A DNA stretch of 64,000 nt, taken from contig JAQBGU010000202.1 in assembly GCA_032128375.1 (NCBI GenBank), positions 25,620 through 89,619 of the forward strand. Reading direction: 5' to 3'. Numbering within the stretch: the first letter of the stretch is position 1; each line of letters opens with the position of its first letter. Made by a program: the position numbers and the translations under genes. This document shows, piece after piece, positions 10,659 through 19,437 of this stretch. Under the pieces are notes generated by a model. It worked only from the letters and a program-made list of their open reading frames with translations. It searched no databases and was not told where the DNA came from. Source of the stretch: Deltaproteobacteria bacterium. Lineage in GTDB: Bacteria; Myxococcota_A; UBA9160; SMWR01.

Positions 10659-11666
10659 TCAGATGCCTGATCCTGGGTCCGGTACGGCGGGCTCCTCGGT
10701 ACGCTCTTCCCACCACCAACGATCGGGTCCGTCGGACCCATCGCTGCGCGCGCGTGTACAGGGCGCGCAGCCGATGCTCGCGAAGCCGCGGTGGTGGAGC
10801 GGATTGCTGGGGACTTCATGGCGACGGATGTAGTCGAACACCTCGATGCGCGCCCACCGCGCCAGCGGATTGAAGCGCACTAGCGCGCCGCGCGAGCCCG
10901 CAAACGATGGGTCCGCCTGGATGACGGGAAGTTCACTCTCTTTTAGACCCTCGCGTCGTCGTCCGGTGACCCACGCGTCGAATTGCGCGAGCGCGCCGCG
11001 TAGCGGGCGGATCTTGCGAATCGAACAGCACTCCCAATGGCCGTCGCGGTAGAAGCTGTTTGGACCCTTGCGATCCACCAGGTCGGTGACCTCGGCGGTA
11101 TCGGGCAGACGTGTTTCGAGTTCGAACCCGTAGCGCAAGCGCACATCGTCGATGAACTGGTAGGTCTCGTTGTGCAGCCGGCCCGTGTCGAGCGTAAACA
11201 CCGAGAATGGCAGCCCGAGGCTCGTCGCCATGTCGATCAGCACAACGTCCTCGGCGCCGGAAAAGGCGATCGCGCAGTGCTTGCCGTAGTGCTCGAGAGC
11301 GAATCGCAGGATCTCTATCGGCTCTGCATCGGCGAGTTCCCTGGCAGCGAGAGCCAAATCGAGAGTTGCGGTCTGCACCGTTTCGACGGGAACCGCGGTT
11401 TCGAGGTACTGCCGCACCAGTCGCAGCGCGCTCGTCACCAGCGTCTCCGTACCGCTCGCGTCGCGGATCACGAAGAACGGCGCGAGTTTTACCCCGTGTT
11501 GTGCCGCCAGGCGCGCGCCTGCCGAGTTGTCATCACCTTCGATCGCCCAGAGCACCTCGTCGATGCGCTGCCAATACCCCTTCATCTTCAGCATCTGCTC
11601 AGTCTGGGCGCACTTCTCGCAGGGCTCGCCGTTAGCCAGTTGTTTTTTCACCATGGTGATCCGCAT
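10659..11666 (-). CDS. cysH: APS/PAPS reductase-like protein with a fused N-terminal CxxC domain; lacks C-terminal ECGLH
   Basis: AFSGAED, LDTGRLH, ECCSIRKIRPL, SIGCAPCT, RWWWE motifs. Confidence 0.8.
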   Translation of the reverse strand: MRITMVKKQLANGEPCEKCAQTEQMLKMKGYWQRIDEVLWAIEGDDNSAGARLAAQHGVKLAPFFVIRDASGTETLVTSALRLVRQYLETAVPVETVQTATLDLALAARELADAEPIEILRFALEHYGKHCAIAFSGAEDVVLIDMATSLGLPFSVFTLDTGRLHNETYQFIDDVRLRYGFELETRLPDTAEVTDLVDRKGPNSFYRDGHWECCSIRKIRPLRGALAQFDAWVTGRRREGLKESELPVIQADPSFAGSRGALVRFNPLARWARIEVFDYIRRHEVPSNPLHHRGFASIGCAPCTRARSDGSDGPDRWWWEERTEEPAVPDPGSGI

Positions 11667-11856
11667 GGATCCATTCTAGGCAATCCAGGGTCGGGTCAAT
11701 CAAAGCGAGGACGCGATTCCCGTATCATCGTGACAAAAGTCGACACCAAACACACCTGCCGCCTCGAGCGTGCCAGGAACTGCCCGCGCGAATCGATTCT
11801 CCGATGGTGCGCTCGGGTCCTTCCCCGCTCTGCGCTCGCCTAACGTCTCGGCCTCG

Positions 11857-13038
11857 TCAGAACAGGCGCCATAGGGACGGTTCAGGCTTGGCGCTCTTGA
11901 AGTCATAGTACCGGCGGCATGCCGGTAGCAGGAGCACGATGCCGAGAATCCAGAACGCGTACATGACGGGCAGACTCGACGCGCCCGGATACATGAGTCC
12001 CATCAACGCGTAGACGTAAAGGTGAGCGACATAGAAGAACAGCGGCGTTCGGCCGAGTGTGAGCAGCGCCTTGCCCTGCTTTTCGACAAATCGCGGATGA
12101 GCGGCCCACAGCGAGAGAAGCACACCGTTGGTTCCGAGACTCAGCAACAGAAATGCGAGGCTAGGTGGGTATTTTGTGACCGTGAGAAACGCGATCCAAC
12201 CCTCCCCGGGAGCGGCGTGGTGGGTTCCGAAACCACCGATGGCTCGCACAACCACGAACAACAGCAACAACAAGAGCCCACCCGGGCCCGCGAAACGCAG
12301 CGCGGCCGCGGGTTTCGCGCGAAGCGCGTGTCCATATGCGATCCCGAGCATGCACACGCCGAACCAGGGCGCGATCGGATACATGACGATCAATCGGTCG
12401 ACGTGTCCGGCAATCAACAGCACGTGGTAGAAGACGGGGTAAACTTCCTGGGCGTGGTCTGCGCTCGGGAGAAGCGCCTGGCATGCGATCAGCACCCCGA
12501 GACCGACCGAAAGGGTCGCGAGCCCGCCCAGGCGCAGAAACAAGCCCGATAGGACCATCGCAGCGCCCAACGCCGACAATACGCCGATCGGCAGAATGCC
12601 AGGAACTCCGCCACCCGGCATCGGATCCGATTCGCCTGCGGCAATCGCCTCGTACATGCCGATCCCGAACGCGACGTTTACCACGAAGACCTCGACGACA
12701 ATCAAGACCAGGCCGCGTACGACGAAATGCCGCAAGATCTCCCTTTCGCCCCAGCCGCGGTCTCGCCGCGAATGCGCAAAGAGGTGCATTCCGCAGCCCA
12801 TCAACAAGAAGAAGCCCGGCGCGCAAAGGTGACTGATGACCCGCGTGAACATGGAAAATGCGTTCGGGTAGGCGGGAAGGGGGATCCCCCAGTACTCGCC
12901 ATAGTGTTGCATCGCGATGAACAGGCTGGCGTGATCGAGGGCCATGAAGACCATGATCAAACCCCGTTGCCCATCGAGCGCGCTCAACCGTACGGAAGTC
13001 GATCCTCTCACCTGCCCGGCGTCCACGGCCCTATCCAC
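11857..13038 (-). CDS. DUF1624/HGSNAT-domain membrane acyltransferase-like protein
   Basis: LDGQRGLIMVFMALDH, HLCAPGF, KYPPSL, PLFFYVAHLY; multi-TM. Confidence 0.85.
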   Translation of the reverse strand: MDRAVDAGQVRGSTSVRLSALDGQRGLIMVFMALDHASLFIAMQHYGEYWGIPLPAYPNAFSMFTRVISHLCAPGFFLLMGCGMHLFAHSRRDRGWGEREILRHFVVRGLVLIVVEVFVVNVAFGIGMYEAIAAGESDPMPGGGVPGILPIGVLSALGAAMVLSGLFLRLGGLATLSVGLGVLIACQALLPSADHAQEVYPVFYHVLLIAGHVDRLIVMYPIAPWFGVCMLGIAYGHALRAKPAAALRFAGPGGLLLLLLFVVVRAIGGFGTHHAAPGEGWIAFLTVTKYPPSLAFLLLSLGTNGVLLSLWAAHPRFVEKQGKALLTLGRTPLFFYVAHLYVYALMGLMYPGASSLPVMYAFWILGIVLLLPACRRYYDFKSAKPEPSLWRLF

Positions 13039-13097
13039 ATCGGTATCGGATAGTCACGGCGCAACGCCCCGTTTTTGGCCCGAACCCATAGCCAGCA

Positions 13098-15041
13098 CTA
13101 TCTGGGTAACGCGAACGCCATCAGGTGATCTCCAGGCGGGTTCGGAGCGCCCCAGTGTCCACCAGCCGCGACGACCACGTACTGGCGGCCGCCTTCGCGC
13201 ACTTGGTAGCTCATTGGAACCGAGTTGGCGGACGTGGGCAGGTCGGCCTTCCAGAGCACCTCACCGGTACCCAGATCGTGCGCCCGGAAAAAATGGTCGA
13301 GCGAAGCGCCAATGAACACGAGTCCGCTCGCCGTGACGATGGGGCCTCCGACACCTGGCACCCCTTTGATCCACCAGAACGGGAAGGGGGCCAGGTTGCG
13401 GGTCGTCCCGAGCGGGACACTCCAGCGAATCTTGCCCGCGGCCAGGTCGATTGCGTCAACGGTGGCCCAGGGGGGCGCGGTGCAGGGCACGCCGAGTGGT
13501 GAGGTTACGAGCCCGGTTTCTACGCAATAGGGTGTGCCGGACTGACGCTGCGGCGTGTCGCCGCATTCGTCGCGCGCAATGAGTTTGGAAGTGGCGGCGA
13601 AGCGCCAGGTGACGACCAGCATCACCTGTTCGCCCAGATGAATGGCGGGCGAGCCCCAGTTGTTGCCACCGCCATTGCTCGGGTACAGAATCGAGCCGCC
13701 GAGCGATGGCGGAGTGTAAATGCCGTCATTGCGCAGCGCGTTCAGTTGGTCGCGGCAGACGCCTGTATCCCAGAAACTGAAACCCCAGGCGTCGTCCGCG
13801 GTGATCGGTGGAAGCAAGTGCGCAATGTGCGAAGGGAAGGGCTGCGTCGGTGAGAGGTACTCACCCGGGACCGGTTGCTGCGGGACCGGCCGCTCCTCTA
13901 CCGGGAACACCGGCTCCCCCGTTTCGCGGTGAAGCACGAAGGTCATGCCCATCTTCGTGACCTGCACGACGACTGGGATCGTCTCACCGTCGAGTCGCAG
14001 GTCGATGAGCGTCGGCTGTGCCGGCGTGTCGTAATCCCAAAGATCGTGGTGGACCATCTGGTAATGCCAGACCACCTCGCCGGTGTCGCCGTTGAGCGCG
14101 ACCACCGAGCTGGAATAGTGATCGAGACCGTCTCGGTGGCCACCGTAGTAGTCTGGGTTGGTGTTGCCTGTTGGGACAAACACCAAATTGCGTTCTTCGT
14201 CGACTGCAATGATCGACCACACGTTGGTTGTGCCACTGCGGTAGCTGCCGTCCTCGTTTACCTCGCCCATCCCCGGCGGGATCGGGTTCCAGGCCCAGCG
14301 CAATTCGCCCGACCTCACGTCGTAGGCGCGGACTACACCGCTGGGAGCGTCGGTGCGCGTGTTGTCGAGCACCAACGAGCCGGTGATCGCCATGTCCTTC
14401 AGGATCGCCGGCGGTGAGGTAATGCTGTACTCGGCGGGATGGTGCTTCGAGATGCGATGGGTGACATCGACCTCGCCGTCTCTACCGAAATCAACGCAGC
14501 GCTTGCCGGTCTCGGCATCCAGAGCGATCAGTCGCGCATCGAGTGTGCCGACGAAGATGCGGTGTTGACAGACGCCGCCGTTCCCGGAGCGCCAGCTGCT
14601 GACACCGCGGCAGTTCGGAAGGTAGTGGGTATATTTGTCGACCACCGGATCGAAGCGCCACTTCTCTTCTCCGGTCTCGGCATCGATTGCGAACACTTTG
14701 TCGAACGGCGAGCAGTAGTAAAGCGTGTCATCGATCACGATGGGCGTTGCCTGGAAGCCGTTTGCGCCCAGCGGTGGGCCCTGTTCACTCGGCCCCCGCG
14801 GCTGTCGGATGTCGCCGGAGTGATGCTCCCAAGCCAACTCCAGGAAGCGTACGTTGTCGGGCGTGATTTGCGTGGCGGTGGAGTAGTGGGCGCCGCCCGG
14901 CGCGCCGCCGTAGGCGGTCCATGTTGCCACTTCACCGCCTGCGAAATCCACCGCCGGTGAATCTCGGCAGTTCGTCAGCGAGACGACGACGATGCTTGCA
15001 ATCGCGAATCGGGCGATCCTACTTCTCAGGTCCGTCGGCAT
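13098..15041 (-). CDS. PQQ-dependent dehydrogenase (quinoprotein glucose/quinate dehydrogenase-like), with lipoprotein-like signal
   Basis: FQATP, NCRGV, HHDLWDYD, GGGNNWG, beta-propeller W-motifs; LTNC. Confidence 0.92.
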   Translation of the reverse strand: MPTDLRSRIARFAIASIVVVSLTNCRDSPAVDFAGGEVATWTAYGGAPGGAHYSTATQITPDNVRFLELAWEHHSGDIRQPRGPSEQGPPLGANGFQATPIVIDDTLYYCSPFDKVFAIDAETGEEKWRFDPVVDKYTHYLPNCRGVSSWRSGNGGVCQHRIFVGTLDARLIALDAETGKRCVDFGRDGEVDVTHRISKHHPAEYSITSPPAILKDMAITGSLVLDNTRTDAPSGVVRAYDVRSGELRWAWNPIPPGMGEVNEDGSYRSGTTNVWSIIAVDEERNLVFVPTGNTNPDYYGGHRDGLDHYSSSVVALNGDTGEVVWHYQMVHHDLWDYDTPAQPTLIDLRLDGETIPVVVQVTKMGMTFVLHRETGEPVFPVEERPVPQQPVPGEYLSPTQPFPSHIAHLLPPITADDAWGFSFWDTGVCRDQLNALRNDGIYTPPSLGGSILYPSNGGGNNWGSPAIHLGEQVMLVVTWRFAATSKLIARDECGDTPQRQSGTPYCVETGLVTSPLGVPCTAPPWATVDAIDLAAGKIRWSVPLGTTRNLAPFPFWWIKGVPGVGGPIVTASGLVFIGASLDHFFRAHDLGTGEVLWKADLPTSANSVPMSYQVREGGRQYVVVAAGGHWGAPNPPGDHLMAFALPR

Positions 15042-15131
15042 CGGCAGCTCTCCTTCTGCTCGGCCGCATATCCTACCGCTGACCCAATAGATCCCGCCTC
15101 CGCGTGAGCATTGTCGAACTCCCCCGCAGGC

Positions 15132-18100
15132 TCAGTTCGGCGGTTCGACCGGAATCGAGACCTGCGCGTGCGGCTTCGGCGGGGTTCGCAGTGGACGCCA
15201 CATGGCGCCGGTACAAAAGCACTCCCAACCCCAGCGCAGCCAGCGAAGCAGAGCTTGCGCGAGCCACAACGCCCAGAAGAGCATCGCGATTCGGTACACG
15301 ATCACCGGCACGCTGAAGGCCCATACGATTGGCGGACCATTCGAAACTCGATCCTGATACCAATTGAGCACCGTCGAATTCGAGCCGTTGCCCGAGATCT
15401 GCATCTGCGGGGTGCCCAGTAGACCCTCGTGGATCGATAGGTACATCGCGCATAGCGCAGCGAAAGTCAGACCCACCAGCAGCAGCTGGACGAAATCGAA
15501 CCACGCACTCGACAGCGTGTCTCCTCGCTCGCTTCGCCACCCGAGCAGCAACAGCCAGGTAACTACGATCGCCGCGCCCTCGATCGGAATTTGCGTCAGG
15601 CCGATCAGCAACAGCAGCCAATGGCGAGCTCGCAGCGGTGACAGGCGCAAGCGTCCCAAGCCAGCCGACACCGCGACCCACGTGATGAGCAAGGGCCAGA
15701 AGAGCACGGCTGGACCGAGCTGTGCTCCGCCTAGCCCGAGGATCCAACGACCGGCAGATGGAACCAGCTGCACCTCTGCGTTGACGCTCGCTATGCCCAG
15801 CTTGACCTCGGGAGTCTTGTAAAGGAACCCGTCGATGAGTCCGCGCGGCTCCCTCCAGACGAGGTCGATCGTGCGCTTTCCCGGCAGCAGCGGAAGAACC
15901 ACGTTGCGGCCCTCCTGCCGGATCGGCTGGTCTTCGCCATCGATCGATACCGCTCTGAGCTCGGCATCCCCCGATAGTCCGATGGTGTGTTGGCCCCCGC
16001 GGCTGCTGCGCATGTCCAACCGCAGCGTTGCGTCAGTCGAGCGCAAGCCGGGGGTCACCGTCAGCTGGCTCGCATCGATCGTGACTGTCGCACCGCCAAC
16101 GCCCGCGGGTCGTTCGATGTCGAGAACGACCTCCTCCGAGGGCCAGGGGCGCCACTCCCGCACACGCGCGCCGAGATTTGTGGTGGCGTGAATCGGCGGA
16201 ATTCCGTGTGCTTCGACATGCCAGATCGGGCTGACATCGAGCCGCCAGACCTCGGTGATCGGAAGCGATTGCGCGGCCCGCAGTTCGAGCGGCGACTGTT
16301 CTTCGAGTTCCGACTGCCATGCAGCCTGCACTGAGCCGGGTTGCAGGCTGACGAGCGCGCGACCGTCGCGCACCCGAATGTGTCCGCTGGTCACCGACTC
16401 GCCCGGGAGCAGCGGAATTTCTGTGACGACGGCCGTGTCGGAGGGAGTCAGTCGACGGACCTGCGTGTCCAGCGTCCAGTCGAGCCCCAACACGAGCGTC
16501 CGGCGGACTTCCAGCAGCGGCGGTAGCTCGCCCGGATCGAGCCGGGCCGAGGCCGTCTGTTCGTTGCGCGTGATCTGCAGCGTCGATTCGGCGAGACCAT
16601 CCTCGCGCAAGCCGTTGATTTCCCAACCTGAAGCGACTGCGGTGACATGGTGTGGCTGGAGTGGAAAGGGTAGGTCGAAGTTGTTGCGATCGGGCAGCCA
16701 CCCGCGAGCGATGACCTCGTGCCGACCTTCGGAGAGTTCGACCCACAAGATTCCCTGCGGGTCGCGCAGCATTCCAGTGGCGGGTTCGCCATTGACCGAT
16801 ACTCGAGCCGGGCGGAAACTCTTCGCACCACCCGGTAGTGGAATCGCCGTACGAGCGGCGGCATCGACCGTGAGGCGCAGCGTCAACATCGAGTCGGCGA
16901 TGTCGATGAAAAGTTTCGAGATCGTCGCGCAATCGGGGTAGCACTCCGGTTTTTCGAGTAACCCCGCGCGGAGCTGTGAGAGCATGGCCTCGGAGGGGAT
17001 ATCCGCTGTGCGAGCCGCCGGTGCAATCGACACGAGCACTGCGATAACAACAGCGGCTACACCTCGCCGCAGCCACGGCGCAAGCGGACTGCTTCGCCCT
17101 CCAGGAGCGATATCGAGAAAACGCAACACGAGCACCGTGAGCAGCGCGACCCGCAAGAAACCGAGGATCGATACCATTCGGGGCGGTACGACAATGAAGT
17201 CCAGCGGCTGATCGCGTCCGACCGGTCCACTCCACAGCAGCTCGATTCGCTGCCAAGTCCAGCTCGGAACACCGGGGCCTGTCGTGATGTGTGCGTTCGG
17301 ATCTTGCGCATAGCGTCCAAAATTCTGAATCAAGTCGTCGTATCCGGCTGACCCCAAGGCGAGTTGCGCCACTTTTTCTGTGCGCTCTTCATCGACGAAC
17401 CCAAGTGCCCCAAGTTTCTTCGCTTCATCCAATTCGATCGAGGCTCGCAACTCGGATGGCGCGAAGAGGTTCTGCGAAAATCCGCCTGGGCCAATCGAGT
17501 CCACTCGTTCAAGGGCGGGATGCATCGCGATCCGGACCTGGCCGACGGCGAACGGAAGTGACACGTAAAGCAGGCCGGCAAGCGCAAGCCAGCGAAAGAT
17601 TCGAATGCTCAGCGCGAAGCGTCCTTCTGGCAGCGCGCGACGCAGAGCTTCGCCAACCAGAGCTCCGATCCAGATCCAGCGCGGCGCATGCGGTTCGGTG
17701 TAGGCGAGTGCCAGGGCCGCCAATGCCAGGGCTCCCCAGACGAATCCCCAGAGCCGGAACGAAGCGATCGCCGCCACGAGTACGACGAACAAATCCAGCA
17801 GCGTCCAGCGGTTCAACCAGGTCGTCGACGCGCTGTCGACACCGCTCGCGTGGAGGATTTTCCATCCTGGGGGGAGCCAGAGTTCGCCGCTGAGGCCTTG
17901 AAAATCGTGGTCCCAGCTCACAGCCGAAAGGTTCGCGCGATCGGGGACACGGCCTTCGGCAGTCAGTGCGACTGGGCCTAGCGGCACCTCGACCCCCGCG
18001 TGCTTCGAAGCTTCGAGCTTCGTAATGAACTGGTCCTTCTCGTCGAGCGTCACGCGGCCCAGATCGAAATCGGATTTCGTTTCCAACCGCGTACTGCGTC

Positions 18101-19337
18101 GGATGTTTCCCCCGATCCGGTCCACTACGGTGTACCCAGACCCATCGAAATCGAGCCACCAGGTGCGCGATAGCCGCAAGTCGTCGGCGGCGGGGTCTTC
18201 GTCACCGCGCCGCCGCTGCGTCAATTCGAGCCGAGCCCCTGGTCCCATCAAGTAGCTGGGAAGCTGCTTCCATTCGGCTGGAATCGTCGTCTGATTCGGA
18301 TCGATGATGGGAGCGCCACCCACATCGACCAGCCGCAGATGTGGACGCGCCTCGAAGACCCAGATCTCTTCGGTCGTCCAAACAGCGCCTTCTTCCTGCG
18401 TCGGGACGCTGAGGCTATCGATTGGGCCAGCGTGGCGCGCGTTGAGATTCAGCGTCCAATGGCCTGGGCGTAGCTGGACACGCAAGCGCCCATCGGGGTC
18501 CAAGCGGGCGGGTAACGGCCCGGAGAGCGACATCGGAATGAAGCCGTCCGGCAGTGCTTTTCCCAGTACGGCCTCGCGGCTGGCGCCCGCGACGCGCAGA
18601 TCAACTCGTGTGTCCATTCGAAGCGGGATCTCGTCGATCACGCGTCGCTGAATGACGATTTCCAGCCGATCGGCTGCGTCGCCGGGACTGTTCGTTCGGG
18701 GTTCGAGCCACAGGCGATTCGCGGCGTCGCGGTTGGGAAACGGAACCGGCCGGCCGCGCAACGCGAGTCGAACAATGCCAGTCTCCGATGGAATCGCCAG
18801 CAGTTCGGGCATCGTGTTCCAGCGGAAGCGCCCATCAACCTCGTGTGTGCCTGGGTGGAGAAGCACGCTGGGCTGCCCGTGCAAGAGCGCTACCGGAGCC
18901 GGGCGCCCGTCGATGCTTACTTCATGCGGCCATTGTTTGGCATCGCCGGGCAGAGGAACTTGTGCAGCTGCATACAGTTTCCAGCTTTGATTGAACCGGC
19001 CGCCCGACCCGTCGAGTTCGAGCTGGAGCTTCGCTGGCCAGACGCAACCGAGATCGACTGAACCCGTTGTCCCGTTGAGAAACGGGCACCGCTCCTTTTC
19101 GTGCCCATGAAGCACCCACTCGGTCCACGGCCGCAGGACTTCGGGGATTTCTTCGGGCGTCAGAGGTGCGGCGTTCGCCTGTAGTGCAAATGAAAGTGCA
19201 AATGAAAGTGCGAATGAGGGTGCGAATGAAAGTGCGAATGAGAGTGCGAATAGCCGTGCGAACTGGAGTGCCCATGAGTGTGCCGGAACCAGCAGGCAGA
19301 TGGCCTGTTGGCAACGCCACACAGCGAGTCGATCCAC
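15132..19337 (-). CDS. Large (1401 aa) exported/membrane protein of unknown function with internal duplication
   Basis: Long ORF; GGGGG SD; signal peptide ending ANA; two TM clusters. Confidence 0.85.
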   Translation of the reverse strand: MDRLAVWRCQQAICLLVPAHSWALQFARLFALSFALSFAPSFALSFALSFALQANAAPLTPEEIPEVLRPWTEWVLHGHEKERCPFLNGTTGSVDLGCVWPAKLQLELDGSGGRFNQSWKLYAAAQVPLPGDAKQWPHEVSIDGRPAPVALLHGQPSVLLHPGTHEVDGRFRWNTMPELLAIPSETGIVRLALRGRPVPFPNRDAANRLWLEPRTNSPGDAADRLEIVIQRRVIDEIPLRMDTRVDLRVAGASREAVLGKALPDGFIPMSLSGPLPARLDPDGRLRVQLRPGHWTLNLNARHAGPIDSLSVPTQEEGAVWTTEEIWVFEARPHLRLVDVGGAPIIDPNQTTIPAEWKQLPSYLMGPGARLELTQRRRGDEDPAADDLRLSRTWWLDFDGSGYTVVDRIGGNIRRSTRLETKSDFDLGRVTLDEKDQFITKLEASKHAGVEVPLGPVALTAEGRVPDRANLSAVSWDHDFQGLSGELWLPPGWKILHASGVDSASTTWLNRWTLLDLFVVLVAAIASFRLWGFVWGALALAALALAYTEPHAPRWIWIGALVGEALRRALPEGRFALSIRIFRWLALAGLLYVSLPFAVGQVRIAMHPALERVDSIGPGGFSQNLFAPSELRASIELDEAKKLGALGFVDEERTEKVAQLALGSAGYDDLIQNFGRYAQDPNAHITTGPGVPSWTWQRIELLWSGPVGRDQPLDFIVVPPRMVSILGFLRVALLTVLVLRFLDIAPGGRSSPLAPWLRRGVAAVVIAVLVSIAPAARTADIPSEAMLSQLRAGLLEKPECYPDCATISKLFIDIADSMLTLRLTVDAAARTAIPLPGGAKSFRPARVSVNGEPATGMLRDPQGILWVELSEGRHEVIARGWLPDRNNFDLPFPLQPHHVTAVASGWEINGLREDGLAESTLQITRNEQTASARLDPGELPPLLEVRRTLVLGLDWTLDTQVRRLTPSDTAVVTEIPLLPGESVTSGHIRVRDGRALVSLQPGSVQAAWQSELEEQSPLELRAAQSLPITEVWRLDVSPIWHVEAHGIPPIHATTNLGARVREWRPWPSEEVVLDIERPAGVGGATVTIDASQLTVTPGLRSTDATLRLDMRSSRGGQHTIGLSGDAELRAVSIDGEDQPIRQEGRNVVLPLLPGKRTIDLVWREPRGLIDGFLYKTPEVKLGIASVNAEVQLVPSAGRWILGLGGAQLGPAVLFWPLLITWVAVSAGLGRLRLSPLRARHWLLLLIGLTQIPIEGAAIVVTWLLLLGWRSERGDTLSSAWFDFVQLLLVGLTFAALCAMYLSIHEGLLGTPQMQISGNGSNSTVLNWYQDRVSNGPPIVWAFSVPVIVYRIAMLFWALWLAQALLRWLRWGWECFCTGAMWRPLRTPPKPHAQVSIPVEPPN
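19183..19278. repeat. 12-bp tandem repeat (AGTGCRAATGAR-like, about 8 degenerate units) encoding FALS repeats in the signal peptide
   Basis: Read directly. Confidence 0.85.
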
Positions 19338-19437
19338 GGTTCCCCCCCCTTCGATCAGCTCATCGGAGAGTCGCCCCGACCTGGTTAGACGATACCGGCC
19401 CGGAGAACGCCGGCGAACGAACCCAGTGCGCGAATCG

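Noticed and set aside
10659..10661. Sec read-through of the cysH-like TGA to recover a catalytic residue
   Set aside because: The downstream frame does not resemble ECGLH and I saw no convincing SECIS hairpin
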